Below, in pieces: positions 49,562 to 59,859 of a DNA stretch of 64,000 nucleotides; position 1 is the first letter of the stretch, and every line of letters begins with the position of its first letter. Below the pieces are notes generated by a model. It saw nothing but the letters and a program-made list of their open reading frames with translations. It did no database searches and was not told where the DNA came from. The DNA lies in assembly GCA_050253415.1 (NCBI GenBank), contig JBFWJC010000001.1, forward strand, positions 584,579-648,578, read 5' to 3'. The stretch is from Pedobacter sp. GTDB lineage: Bacteria; Desulfobacterota; Desulfuromonadia; Desulfuromonadales; Syntrophotaleaceae. Made by a program: the position numbers and the translations under genes.

Positions 49562-50158
49562 TTATTGGGCGAAAGGCTGACATGCCGCAACGGCAACCTC
49601 CGAGGGAGCTTTCCGATCATTGGGGGCTTCCGCGGCCAGCAGGTCTTCCGGCAGGTCTTCGGGACTATCGCGTCGGCCGATGGCAATGGCAGCTACTACG
49701 GTATATTTGTCCGGGTCGACGTGTAACTGTTGATAGGAACGTTCCAGGTCAAAGCCCGCCATGGCGTGCGCATAGAGCCCAAGACGCCTGGCTTGTAAGG
49801 CCAATGACAACCAGGCTGCTCCCGTGTCGAATAAGGCATGGCGATTTTCCTTTCCAGACTGGGCAAAATGCCGTCGTGCGAGCAAGAATAACAACAACGG
49901 GGCCTTGCAGGCCCATCGACGGTTTTTGGGGACAAGCAGGTCGAGGAACATTTCGCGATGCTGGGCGTTGGCAGGATATACGAACAGCCATGGTTGTTCA
50001 TTAAAGCAGGATGGGGCCCAGCGAGCAGCTTCAAACAGAGTCTGAATCTGATGATCGGGCAGAGCGTCCTGTTTGAAGGCGCGTGGAGACCACCGATCGG
50101 TAAAAATACAGTCGACATCGCAGGCGGGAACTCGGGGCGAAACAGTACTTTTTGTCAT
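49562..50158 (-). CDS. Nitroreductase family protein
   Basis: RWSPRAF, EAARWAPSCFNEQPW, FDTGAA, HAMAGF. Confidence 0.9.
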   Translation of the reverse strand: MTKSTVSPRVPACDVDCIFTDRWSPRAFKQDALPDHQIQTLFEAARWAPSCFNEQPWLFVYPANAQHREMFLDLLVPKNRRWACKAPLLLFLLARRHFAQSGKENRHALFDTGAAWLSLALQARRLGLYAHAMAGFDLERSYQQLHVDPDKYTVVAAIAIGRRDSPEDLPEDLLAAEAPNDRKAPSEVAVAACQPFAQ

Positions 50159-50354
50159 AGGGCCTCTCTGGTGTGCAAAAGGCACACGCTGCTATTTTAT
50201 CAGTGCTAGCCATTTCAGCAAGTTCTGGCAAGCGGCGAGGAAGTCCCCGCACTTTTTGAATTAAATGCGACACCTCGTATAATTGAAATAAGTACCTTGG
50301 ATTCTTTACCTTAGCGTAGGACGTGGATGCCAGGCAATCTACCCGGGGGGCGTT

Positions 50355-51104
50355 GTGAAAAAAGGTATAGGCAAAGATTTTGTTGAAAAAACGAAACACA
50401 AATACCTTGAGCTAAGCGACCAACAAAAGGGGCTTGCCCAGCCACCGCTTATCTGGCCGCGACAACAGGTAAATCCGGTAATTTCGTTACCTCATCCCGG
50501 CAATATGCCGATGAGTCCGGTGGATTTGCGAAATCTTATCGTTCAGCGGGCCAGCCTTCGAGAATATTCTGATAAGCCTTTGACCCTGGCTGAATTATCC
50601 TACCTGCTTTGGTGTACTCAGGGGGTAAAACTTATTTACGGGCATCAGTTAACTTTGCGGACGGTTCCTTCAGCTGGAGCCCGGCATGCATTGGAGACAG
50701 TGTTGCTTGTCAATCGTGTTGAAGAGCTGGAACCCGGGGTCTACAGGTATCTTCCGGTCGAGCACGCGTTGGAAGCCATTTCGACCCAGACCGATCTAGG
50801 GGGCCGTTTTGCAGCGGCCTGTTTTGGACAAACCATGTTGATGCATTGTGCCACGGCATTTGTTTGGGTGGCGGTACCTTACCGCATGACTTGGCGATAT
50901 GGTGAGCGTGGCTATCGTTACCTGTATCTCGATGCGGGTCATGTGTGCCAAAATCTTTACCTGGCGTCTGAAGTTATTGATGCCGGCGCCTGCGCGGTGG
51001 GGGCCTTTGACGATGATAGCCTGAATGCCTTGCTGGGATTGGATGAGTCGGAATCCTTTGTCATATACCTGGCAACGGTCGGGAAGAAGCCGGTTGGCAG
51101 TTAA
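50355..51104 (+). CDS. SagB/ThcOx-family FMN dehydrogenase (nitroreductase fold)
   Basis: RASLREY, RTVPSAGARH, WRYGERGYRY..LDAGH..QN. Confidence 0.88.
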   Translation: MKKGIGKDFVEKTKHKYLELSDQQKGLAQPPLIWPRQQVNPVISLPHPGNMPMSPVDLRNLIVQRASLREYSDKPLTLAELSYLLWCTQGVKLIYGHQLTLRTVPSAGARHALETVLLVNRVEELEPGVYRYLPVEHALEAISTQTDLGGRFAAACFGQTMLMHCATAFVWVAVPYRMTWRYGERGYRYLYLDAGHVCQNLYLASEVIDAGACAVGAFDDDSLNALLGLDESESFVIYLATVGKKPVGS

Positions 51105-51294
51105 ATGGAAAACGACGGTCTTTTCTTTAGGTATAAACGTTTGTGAACTATGACAGCGATGCTCACAATATGGGCAGGTAAGGGTAGCGTCGTCATAGTT
51201 CTATGCCAGGCCCTGATGTGTTAAGGTGAAAGCATCTATAGGGTTTTTCACGCCGGTTATTGGTGGTTTTCGGGGACAACGGAAGCAGGTAAGC

Positions 51295-51768
51295 ATGTAT
51301 TCGCAAAATAGGATCATTTTGGTTGCCATGACTGCCGACCGTATTATCGGTCATCAAGGAGAACTGCCTTGGGATATCCCTCAAGACCTGGCGTTGTTCC
51401 GGCGATTAACCATTGGTCATACGCTGGTGATGGGGAGAAAAACTTTCGAGTCTATAGGTCGGCCTTTGCCCCAACGTATCAATATTGTAGTCAGCCGAAG
51501 TATGCCGCCGATGGATGGGGTGATTGTATGTCCTGATTTTTCCAGTGCCGTAGAGCGAGCCAGTCGGGAGGGCGGCAAAGTTTTTTTTATTGGTGGCCGA
51601 GAGATCTATAGGCAGGCCTTGCCGCTGGCAGGGAAGCTGTCCGTTTCCTGGATCAAGAAAGACTACACGGGCGATTGCCGGTTTCCCGCTTTCCGACAAA
51701 GCGATTGGCTTATCGAACAAGAATGGGATTATCCGGAGTTTCGTCACATCATATATCAACGCAAATAA
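51295..51768 (+). CDS. folA: Dihydrofolate reductase
   Basis: IG..GELPW..PQDL..F, VMGRKTFESIGRPLPQR, IGGREIY, GDCRFP. Confidence 0.92.
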   Translation: MYSQNRIILVAMTADRIIGHQGELPWDIPQDLALFRRLTIGHTLVMGRKTFESIGRPLPQRINIVVSRSMPPMDGVIVCPDFSSAVERASREGGKVFFIGGREIYRQALPLAGKLSVSWIKKDYTGDCRFPAFRQSDWLIEQEWDYPEFRHIIYQRK

Positions 51769-51889
51769 GCCGGACGTGACGAGGTTGTTGTTTTCCTTGT
51801 CGTGCCCCTTTTTCAAGCAGGCAATTTGTGTCCCTTCCTCTATGCTTTTGAACTGATTTAAAAATCCGATCCTTTGGCCTGGTTACATT

Positions 51890-52540
51890 CTATTCTGTCA
51901 GCTCCGATACCGTTGCAGGTGTGATAACGATATTGCCGAGGTCTTTTTCGAGGTTTTCAAGAATCTCGGACAGAGAGGTATTCCAGGCATCGACAAGCGC
52001 GTCGGAAGAGGTACTGTTCAAAGGGGTCTCACTACGATAACTACGATTTAGCAGGATGCTGCTGGGCCCACGATGATCGAGGAGTAAAAACGCTATTTCA
52101 AGGACTGCGTAGGGTTGCTGCGAGCGAAAATCACCGTATAGATCAATGATCTGTCCCTGCAGCATATAATCGGGCGGGAGGGGGCCGGACGAAGAACTGA
52201 CAGCTGAAAAGATGCCGCTTGCCGATAGCCAGCGGACCACCACCTCTTGGGCGAGGCTGGCAGGCGACACTAGAAATTCATGGTAAAAATCAGCTTGGTA
52301 GCGAGACGCCCCCTTGCGGTAGACAAAACTGCGTCCGGCAAAGCGCGGAGAGATGCGTAAGGGGGTAACCTGCAAAATTCCGGGGATCTTGGCCGTGGAC
52401 GAGGATGCGGGGTGTTCTGCCGAAAGTACGTAGCTGATTTTTTCCGGTGCACGCTGGCCAAGGCGTACACAGCCCGGCAACAGCCAGCCAGCCAAAATCA
52501 GGCATATTGATAAACGTGTCAGAGAAGGATTCATCGTCAA
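51890..52540 (-). CDS. ABC-transport auxiliary lipoprotein (PqiC-like)
   Basis: Lipobox LPGC; last gene of the MCE operon. Confidence 0.8.
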   Translation of the reverse strand: MTMNPSLTRLSICLILAGWLLPGCVRLGQRAPEKISYVLSAEHPASSSTAKIPGILQVTPLRISPRFAGRSFVYRKGASRYQADFYHEFLVSPASLAQEVVVRWLSASGIFSAVSSSSGPLPPDYMLQGQIIDLYGDFRSQQPYAVLEIAFLLLDHRGPSSILLNRSYRSETPLNSTSSDALVDAWNTSLSEILENLEKDLGNIVITPATVSELTE

Positions 52541-53517
52541 GGCTCCACAGAAGGGGGAGGTGTGCCGAAGATTACCTGCGCAGGATAGGTCCGGGCATTT
52601 TCCGACAGGTCCAGAAGATTTTCAGAGGTCTGGCGAAAATTGTTCAAGGTGGTCTCGATGGTCTGTTGCTCCGCAGTCAGAAGGGCGCTCATCTGTCGCA
52701 AACTGTTGCCTAGTGGCGCCAGGTCTTTTGGGAGTTCCGTGGCCAGCGTCTCGAGCTGCCGGGAGCTGCGTGTCAAGGATTGGGACAACTCCGGTAGAGT
52801 GGCAAAAAACTGTTGCAGGGGGGCGTCACCAGCTGCCAAAAGCTTATCGATACGGTTGTTGGTGGTACGCAGTTCTTTCAGCAATGCTACGGACTGATCG
52901 CTGATTTGAGCGACATGGGCGTCCCCCATTACGCGATTCAGAGCTGTGACGGCTTGCTCAATGCCTCCCGTGATCCGTGCGATATCGAGATTATCCAGAT
53001 TTTTTAAGATCTTATCCACCGCTTCTGTGTAGCGCGTAATGGTGCTGGGTGCCGAGGGAATATAGGGATTCTCCGGCTTCCAGTCGATATCCAGGCAGGG
53101 GGCCTGTTCCGCCGGCAGGTAGTCGGCTTCGAGAAAAGCCAGGCCGGTCACGCCCTGAAAGGCCATGCGTATGCGCAACCCCTGATCTATTTCCTCCGAC
53201 AGGCCCTTCTGAATGACATTTGCGGTGCGTCCCAATGAGTGTCTCAGCAGAGCGATTCGCACCAACACATAACGTTTTTGGGTATCGTACACCGAGTCGA
53301 CCAAAGTGATGGCTTCGACCTTGCCGACCTGTACGCCGCGGATCTTTACCGCCGAACCGATGTCGAGTCCCTGGACCGATTCATCGAAGTAGGTTTCAAC
53401 CAGAATCTGTTTTTGGAACAGGCTGCCGGCACCCAAGACAACGATGGCTGTCATAGCAATGATGGTGGCGCAGATTACGAACAGTCCGATTTTTAGATAG
53501 TTGGCTCGCTCACTCAT
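52537..53517 (-). CDS. MCE/MlaD-family protein
   Basis: N-terminal TM; FDESVQGLDIGSAVKIRGVQVGKV; coiled-coil C-terminus. Confidence 0.9.
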   Translation of the reverse strand: MSERANYLKIGLFVICATIIAMTAIVVLGAGSLFQKQILVETYFDESVQGLDIGSAVKIRGVQVGKVEAITLVDSVYDTQKRYVLVRIALLRHSLGRTANVIQKGLSEEIDQGLRIRMAFQGVTGLAFLEADYLPAEQAPCLDIDWKPENPYIPSAPSTITRYTEAVDKILKNLDNLDIARITGGIEQAVTALNRVMGDAHVAQISDQSVALLKELRTTNNRIDKLLAAGDAPLQQFFATLPELSQSLTRSSRQLETLATELPKDLAPLGNSLRQMSALLTAEQQTIETTLNNFRQTSENLLDLSENARTYPAQVIFGTPPPSVEP

Positions 53518-54316
53518 GGGGAGGTCTGTCCTCCTGTTGCATTACGACCGGGAGCGTTTCCCGGCGGAAAAAAGATCGCACCCAGGGATCGGTGCTGGTA
53601 TCGCGCAATTGAGCCGGGCTGCCTGAGGCAACGATGCCTTTGGCCCGTTGATCCAGCATGATGACCCGATCGGCGACGGCAAAAATGCTGGGCAGTTCGT
53701 GAGTGACGATGACAAAAGTCATATCCAGGCTCTCTGCCAGCTGCAGGATAAGCTGGTCCATTTCAGCCGAGATGATGGGGTCGAGACCGGCCGTCGGCTC
53801 GTCCAGAAACAGGATTTGCGGATCGAGGACCATGGCGCGGGCAATGGCGGCACGTTTACGCATGCCACCGCTGAGTTCCGATGGCAGGTATTGATCGAAG
53901 CCGTTCAGGCCGACCAATTGCAGTTTCATCGCGGCAACCAGATCCATGGCCGGACCAGGCAGGTCTGTGAACTCTTCCAGCGGCAGCCGTACATTTTCCA
54001 TCAGAGTCAGCGAACCGAACAGGGCGCCACTTTGATACATGACGCCGATCGAACGCAGCAACGAGCGTCGCTGCGCCCCCTCGGCAGTCACCATGTCCAG
54101 CCCGTCATAGAGGATTTGTCCCGTTTGGGGGCGATGCAGGCCAATCATGTTTTTCACCAGGGTGCTTTTGCCGCATCCAGAGCCACCCAGCACGACAAAT
54201 ATCTCTCCTCGTCTGACGTCGAAGGAAACATCCTGAAGTACAGTGGTGTTGCCATAGCCGACGGTAAGGTTTTTCACCTCGATAATCGCCTCTTGCGGTG
54301 CGGGCATAGCGATCAA
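53510..54316 (-). CDS. MlaF-like ABC ATPase
   Basis: GGSGCGKST, LSGGMRKR, FLDEPTAGLDP, VTHEL. Confidence 0.92.
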   Translation of the reverse strand: MIAMPAPQEAIIEVKNLTVGYGNTTVLQDVSFDVRRGEIFVVLGGSGCGKSTLVKNMIGLHRPQTGQILYDGLDMVTAEGAQRRSLLRSIGVMYQSGALFGSLTLMENVRLPLEEFTDLPGPAMDLVAAMKLQLVGLNGFDQYLPSELSGGMRKRAAIARAMVLDPQILFLDEPTAGLDPIISAEMDQLILQLAESLDMTFVIVTHELPSIFAVADRVIMLDQRAKGIVASGSPAQLRDTSTDPWVRSFFRRETLPVVMQQEDRPPHE

Positions 54317-55470
54317 ATCCCCAGAAAATAGTAAGCCACAGCGAACAGGCCATCGGCAATGACTATTAGAATGATGCCGGAGACCACCGCTCGGGTAGCG
54401 GAATCGCCAACGGCGCTGGCGCCACTGCGGGTTTTCAGTCCGTACAGGCAGCCGACGCCTGCCACGATCAAGGCAAAAACCACAGTCTTGGCCAGACCGC
54501 CGGTAAGGTCGAGTAGACCGACGGCGGCTTTAACCTGGTTGATGTAGGAGACCAGCGGGTAGCCGAGGGATAGAAGGACAACCGCACCACCGACCAATCC
54601 CATTAGATTGGCAAACAGGCTCAGCAGCGGCATGATGATAATCGTGGCCAGTACCCGCGTTACGACTAAAAAAGGCACCGGGGCCAGCCCCATGGTGGTT
54701 AAAGCATCGATCTCCTCATTGATTTTCATGGTTCCCAATTCGGCAGCAAAAGCCGAACCGGAGCGGCCGGCCAGCAATAGCGCTGTCATCAGGGGACCGA
54801 GTTCGCGCAACATGGACAGGGCGGTGAGGTTGGCCACGTAGATTTCCACACCGAACTGGCGCATGGGAATGGTTGCCTGGAAAGCCATAATCAAGCCGAT
54901 CAGAAAACTGATCAGGCTTACAATAGGCAGCGCATTGACGCCGGCTTTTTCCATAACCAGCCAGACTTCCGGCCAGCGCACCGAGCCGGGGTGGCGTGCA
55001 GCGTGCAATAGGGCCAATGTCAGTTCGCCGGTAAATCGGATCATATCAAGCATACCGCCCCAGGCCTGAACCACCAGTCGGCCTGCTTCTTCAGGCAGGC
55101 AGCATGGTTGCGGTCGGCTGCTGCGTATTTCGAGAAAATCTTCCGGTCGGTACTGGGCCCAGAGGAGGGCAAATTCCTCTTGCAAGCCGTTCAGACTGTA
55201 TTGTCCCTGGCGTTTCAGTTGCCGACGCGCCAGTTCCATCAATAGTCCCATGCCGGCACCGTCACAATAGGTGATATCATCGGCTTTTACGCGTAACTGT
55301 TGCGGGGCGGTATTTTCCACAAGATTGACCAGGGGGTACCATAACTGGGCGGTGACGGATGCATCGAGTCGTCCGGTGAAGGACAGGGATAGTGTCTCTT
55401 CACCATGCTCCAGAATCCGGCAAACATCTCCGGGGAGGGTGGCAGCTGGCCTTGTGGTAAATGGTTTCAT
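54313..55470 (-). CDS. STAS + MlaE-family ABC permease
   Basis: N-terminal STAS-like domain (DGAG); RELGPL, AGRSGSAFAAELGTMKINEEIDAL. Confidence 0.92.
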   Translation of the reverse strand: MKPFTTRPAATLPGDVCRILEHGEETLSLSFTGRLDASVTAQLWYPLVNLVENTAPQQLRVKADDITYCDGAGMGLLMELARRQLKRQGQYSLNGLQEEFALLWAQYRPEDFLEIRSSRPQPCCLPEEAGRLVVQAWGGMLDMIRFTGELTLALLHAARHPGSVRWPEVWLVMEKAGVNALPIVSLISFLIGLIMAFQATIPMRQFGVEIYVANLTALSMLRELGPLMTALLLAGRSGSAFAAELGTMKINEEIDALTTMGLAPVPFLVVTRVLATIIIMPLLSLFANLMGLVGGAVVLLSLGYPLVSYINQVKAAVGLLDLTGGLAKTVVFALIVAGVGCLYGLKTRSGASAVGDSATRAVVSGIILIVIADGLFAVAYYFLGI

Positions 55471-55537
55471 GCGCTTGCCCGTAGGTCCGCAGCCATGGTT
55501 TGCTCATCAAGCCAGGACGGTTCTGGGATAGAGGCGA

Positions 55538-55575
55538 GCCCGACATATCTTCTTTACGTAGAAGATATGTCGGGC
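55538..55575. repeat. Perfect 16-bp inverted repeat
   Basis: GCCCGACATATCTTCT-TTACGT-AGAAGATATGTCGGGC. Confidence 0.75.
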
Positions 55576-55665
55576 CTTGATTGCGGATAAAATTCGGTGC
55601 CATAAAGGTTCTGAAGAGGTACGGAACTTACTAGTCCCTTGTGCGACCCCGAGGTTGATAGGTCT

Positions 55666-56136
55666 TTAGCGGGTGATCCTCCAGGAACCATCCGGCTGCC
55701 GGCAGGCTGTGCCGTAGGCTTGTTGCTGCTGGCCTCCAACCACCACATTCTGCAGGTACTCACGGCAGTACTGACCGCTGGCTGCCTGGTAGGTTTCGAT
55801 AGGGGTGATGCTGCCGTAGTTGCCCGAGTCGGGGTTGCGCCAGGTCGTGGATTGGCGAGTGGGGGTATATTCCAGGGCGTACTGAGCATTTTGCTGCATG
55901 GCCAATTTATCTGCCCGGTCGAGGGATTTTCCGACTTCCTGACCGATCAGGGCTCCGGCCAGGGTGCCTATCGCCACCGCGACCAGGGTGCCGCGGCCAC
56001 CACCGATCTGGGAGCCGATCAGTGCGCCGGTGCCGGCGCCGATCAAGGTGCCGCCGCTTTCTTTCGAGCCCATGGGGCCGACACAGCCGGTAGCCAACAG
56101 CAGAAAAACACAGCATGAAGCAAAGAGTTTTTTCAT
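55666..56136 (-). CDS. 17-kDa surface antigen-like glycine-zipper lipoprotein
   Basis: Lipobox LATGC; GTLIGAGTGALIGSQIGGG; WRNPDSG, CREY, GTACRQPDGSW. Confidence 0.88.
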   Translation of the reverse strand: MKKLFASCCVFLLLATGCVGPMGSKESGGTLIGAGTGALIGSQIGGGRGTLVAVAIGTLAGALIGQEVGKSLDRADKLAMQQNAQYALEYTPTRQSTTWRNPDSGNYGSITPIETYQAASGQYCREYLQNVVVGGQQQQAYGTACRQPDGSWRITR

Positions 56137-56236
56137 GTTATCCTCCAGCAATGGGAAATTGGCTGTTTGTCCGGCGGTTTACGACCGCCAGCTGTCCAGG
56201 TGGGTCCATTAAAAGATAACCGTCCACTGCGACCTG

Positions 56237-56932
56237 TCAAGGTTGCAGGTTTGCTGCCTTGGCAGCCTGAATATGAAGGACCATATCGGTAACCAGGGGT
56301 AATAGTCGACGCGCAATTTCCATGGTCCCCTCATAATTGGGATGCAGTCCGTCTTTTTGCAAAAATTCCGGTTTTCCGGCAACCCCCTCAAGGTAGTCGG
56401 CGTAAAACGCCGCGCCATGCCGGTCCGCGAGGTTTGAAAAAAGCGATTGAAAGCGGACGTGGTATTCCGGCCCCAGGTCGCGCACCTGGCGGATGCCGGC
56501 GATCAAGATCGGGATGCCTTTGTCGGACAAGGTTTGGAGCATGGCGTCGAGATTGGCTTCCGTTCGATCCGGGGCAATGGCCTGCAGATTGTCGTTTGCT
56601 CCGAGTTCCAGGATAACCAGATCAGGGTTGCAGGTAAGAGCAGCTTCAAAGCGTTTTCGTGCTCCGACAGTGGTGTCACCGGGGATGCCCTCGTTGATGA
56701 AGGAAACTGCAATGCCCTGCTTCTGCAGGGCGGCTTCCAGGCATGCGGGCACGTTGCTGGGGGGCACAACACCCCAGCCGGCAGTCAGGCTGTCACCAAA
56801 AGCGAGAATACGAACAGGCTGCATGGTCATGGGGATCTCCTTGGCCCTGGTTTCGCGGCAGAGAGGGCCGAAGCACAAAAACAACAGCAACAGCACGACA
56901 GCTCTTGTTGGTCTGCAGGTAGTGAAAACCAT
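56237..56932 (-). CDS. SGNH/GDSL arylesterase (TesA-like)
   Basis: FGDSLTAG, GIPGDTT, ELGAND, DGLHPN. Confidence 0.92.
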   Translation of the reverse strand: MVFTTCRPTRAVVLLLLFLCFGPLCRETRAKEIPMTMQPVRILAFGDSLTAGWGVVPPSNVPACLEAALQKQGIAVSFINEGIPGDTTVGARKRFEAALTCNPDLVILELGANDNLQAIAPDRTEANLDAMLQTLSDKGIPILIAGIRQVRDLGPEYHVRFQSLFSNLADRHGAAFYADYLEGVAGKPEFLQKDGLHPNYEGTMEIARRLLPLVTDMVLHIQAAKAANLQP

Positions 56933-56943
56933 AGGCCGGCTTG

Positions 56944-57456
56944 TTAGTTCTTGAGGAAACGGGTTTCAATAAAATCGCAAATGGTCTTGGCATCGTTGAG
57001 ATCGAAGACCGGCACATCGATTTGCAGCTTTGAATCCGAGGCTACTGCTATCAAGGTGGGATCATAGGTGTCATCACGGTAGAGGAGCCTGTCTCCACAT
57101 GCTGTGCGATGCACTTCGATCTTGGGGAATTTGTTTTTTTTGAAGCCTTCGGTGATGACGATGTCCATATCTCCGAAGTAGCGCTCGATGGACTCAAGCA
57201 CCGGAGGCTCCTGTCGGTCGGGGTTCTGTTTGATAATGGCCAGCTTGTCCTGGGAGGTAATCATCATGGTATCGGCGCCGGCCTGGGTGAATCGCCAGGA
57301 ATCTTTGCCTTCGCAGTCCATAGTAAAGTTATGAGCATGATGTTTAATGGCGCCGACCTTGTAGCCACGTTGTTTAAGTTCGGCGATCAGTTTGACGACC
57401 AGAGTGGTTTTGCCGGTACCGCTTTTGGCGGAAATAGATACAATCGCAGGGCTCAT
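56944..57456 (-). CDS. mobB: Molybdopterin-guanine dinucleotide biosynthesis protein B
   Basis: SGTGKTTL, IKHHAH, GKDSWRF..AGA, EGFK, PKIEV. Confidence 0.92.
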   Translation of the reverse strand: MSPAIVSISAKSGTGKTTLVVKLIAELKQRGYKVGAIKHHAHNFTMDCEGKDSWRFTQAGADTMMITSQDKLAIIKQNPDRQEPPVLESIERYFGDMDIVITEGFKKNKFPKIEVHRTACGDRLLYRDDTYDPTLIAVASDSKLQIDVPVFDLNDAKTICDFIETRFLKN

Positions 57457-57671
57457 GTCAGGGCTCCTTGTAAAGTAAAGCATTTAGAACGGTTCCAATA
57501 TAAGGCATGCTTGTAAAGCAAAGCAAATGTTAAACAGCAGGAAAAGATGGATAAGGTGTGTATCCATGTTGCGGCCGACATATGAATTGCTAAGGTTAGT
57601 GGTACGCAAGAAAAAAGGACAAAAAGTCTTTTCAGAGTCGTGGGATTCTGTGTCGACAGTTGGGGGTGGTA

Positions 57672-58874
57672 ATGAAAAGCGTGGGCTGGATGATAACCGT
57701 GTTGATCCTGGTATTGGGAGTTGCAGGACAAGGCAATACTCTGGTCTCCGAAGCGCGCCCGGGTATTGCTTATCATGCCCAAGTGATGTTTCTGGATAAA
57801 AAAATAGTGGAAGACGGTGATGTCGTCTGGGTGACGCTGGCCTATGGGGATCCCCGGGCCTCCCGGGATTGCCGCAATATTATTGACGTGTTCAATGGTC
57901 GACAACTGTTTGTCGACATACCTGAAAAAAGTTGGGTACTGATCGATTTTACTCTGCGCAGTCTGGTAATTCAGGCCGGTTTTACCGGTGATGCCGATGT
58001 CGGTCAGGTTTTTCCGTGTTCAGATGAAAAAGCCTGCCGGAATTTGCAGGCACAACGCCTGCGTGACCAGCAGCCTGCAAAACCGCCCGAAAAAACGGAG
58101 ACATCTCTTGCGTCAAGCAGTTTGGGTGACGACGTACAGCGTATGAGCCTGGCGCGGGATCTGGTCAAGGCCGCTCGTTGCCGGGGGTGCCATGTTGTCG
58201 AGGGATTTGGGGCAACCCACGCTCCGAGCCTGACCTGGCGGCGCGCCAAATATCAAGACGGCTGGTTGGCTGCCTACCTGGCGGCACCCTACCGACTGCG
58301 GCCGGCCCTGACTACTTTGATGATGCTGCGCTATACCTCTGCCCTTGCCCAGCCGAGCCTGCAACCGGAGGAGCTTAGCCTGGTGGCGGATTTTCTGCAG
58401 CGGCTGGCCTGGTTTACTCCTCCCGCAGGCCGCTTTCGCCTGGAACCATGGCAAACCTATCAATGTCAACCCTGTCATGCGCGTTTGTATGCCGAACGTC
58501 CCCTGGTCTTTATCCCTGCCCCTGTGCCGCAGCCGTTGCGTAAAAAGATGGAAGAATCGCTGTCTGTGCAAGCCTGTTTGGCGTGTCACACTTTCGGGGA
58601 TGTACAAACCCTGGCTGCATGGTCCGGTCCGCCATATCCGTACCCCATGGCCCCTGACTTGTTGTTGGCTCTGGAAAAGCTGCGTCTCGATTATTTTATC
58701 GATTACGTGCGTGATCCCAATTATCTGCAACCGGATACGGCCATGCCGCAGCTGCAGTTCACGGACCTGCAGCATAAGGAAGTTGGCGAATGGGCGCGGT
58801 ACGTTCAACAACTTATGCGTCAAGGCAAGGTGCAGCCCCTTCATCTCTACTATCAAATGCAAAAACGCCCCTGA
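57672..58874 (+). CDS. Exported c-type cytochrome with three CXXCH motifs
   Basis: Signal peptide; CRGCH, CQPCH, CLACH; AP.L and MP motifs typical of class I cytochrome c domains. Confidence 0.8.
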   Translation: MKSVGWMITVLILVLGVAGQGNTLVSEARPGIAYHAQVMFLDKKIVEDGDVVWVTLAYGDPRASRDCRNIIDVFNGRQLFVDIPEKSWVLIDFTLRSLVIQAGFTGDADVGQVFPCSDEKACRNLQAQRLRDQQPAKPPEKTETSLASSSLGDDVQRMSLARDLVKAARCRGCHVVEGFGATHAPSLTWRRAKYQDGWLAAYLAAPYRLRPALTTLMMLRYTSALAQPSLQPEELSLVADFLQRLAWFTPPAGRFRLEPWQTYQCQPCHARLYAERPLVFIPAPVPQPLRKKMEESLSVQACLACHTFGDVQTLAAWSGPPYPYPMAPDLLLALEKLRLDYFIDYVRDPNYLQPDTAMPQLQFTDLQHKEVGEWARYVQQLMRQGKVQPLHLYYQMQKRP

Positions 58875-59180
58875 TTGATGAAAATCAGAGACGCTTTTAC
58901 GTGCGCTGCTTCAGAAAGTGCCGGCATCGCCACGGCCAGCTTTTTACCAATTCGGCGAGCTGCCTTTCTCCGGAGTTGCCTGGCGGCTCATTTAGAGACC
59001 CGCTTTGGCCGGCTCTTTCGGAAGGTGCCCGGCGGATGGGAAGACACGGCTTCTGGCATGTGACCGCGCAATGCCGGGTTCGAAGGTTTTTGCCAATATT
59101 TCTATCTTGCTCTCACACCTATATTTTACCACAGAGTGCAGATTGTGTTTGTTCCGGAGGTGCTATTTTTTCCGTTAGGC

Positions 59181-59684
59181 TCACTCCCGAACGAAGGTGT
59201 CGATATCCGTTTCGTGTACCATTCCCATCAGATGGGCGTATTCCGATTCGATCATGAGGAAATGACGGCGGGTCGATTCGGCGTTGTCGAGATAAATGCG
59301 CCGTACTTCCTCGTCGGTGATCTTTTCGGCCAGCTGTTGGAGTTGGTTTTCAAGTGCTTTTTCTTTTTCCATTGCCAGTTCCATGGCTTTTCGTATCCTC
59401 AAGTCGGCCAGGAGAACTTTTTCCTGTTCGAGAAGATAACTCTTGTCTTCTTGAAGGGACTGATCCATGAATTGTTCAAACGGCGGCAGATCGTTTCCCT
59501 TGTAGAGGTCATAAAAATGCCGGGCATGCTCCCGTTCTTCGCTGGCCAGCAATTCGAAAAGCTGTCTTGCTTGAGGTCGTTGCATGTGTCCGGCCGCCAT
59601 ACGGTAAAAATTCATGGCATTTTTTTCGGTCTGCAGAGAGCTTTTGATGGCCTCTTGAATCGCGGAATCAGGCATTTTGGGCAT
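59181..59684 (-). CDS. Ferritin-like / rubrerythrin-type di-iron protein
   Basis: EKNAMNFY, EEREH, EKE, E..RH helical bundle; GGAGGAG RBS. Confidence 0.85.
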   Translation of the reverse strand: MPKMPDSAIQEAIKSSLQTEKNAMNFYRMAAGHMQRPQARQLFELLASEEREHARHFYDLYKGNDLPPFEQFMDQSLQEDKSYLLEQEKVLLADLRIRKAMELAMEKEKALENQLQQLAEKITDEEVRRIYLDNAESTRRHFLMIESEYAHLMGMVHETDIDTFVRE

Positions 59685-59859
59685 AGTTTTCTCCTCCCTT
59701 GGGCATGCGGATTTCCTTTGTGCCTCTATTTAACAATTATCCCAAATCATGGGCTTGTCAACGGATTTTGCACGGGGTAACGGCTGAGGAGTGTGTCATG
59801 GACTTCTCCCTGTAAAGCTTGGTATGCTGTTGAGGTGTGGCCCTGACGAAGGGAGGTGC

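Noticed and set aside
50355..51104. Thiazole/oxazole RiPP cluster implied by the SagB-like gene
   Set aside because: No YcaO, precursor peptide or dedicated exporter nearby
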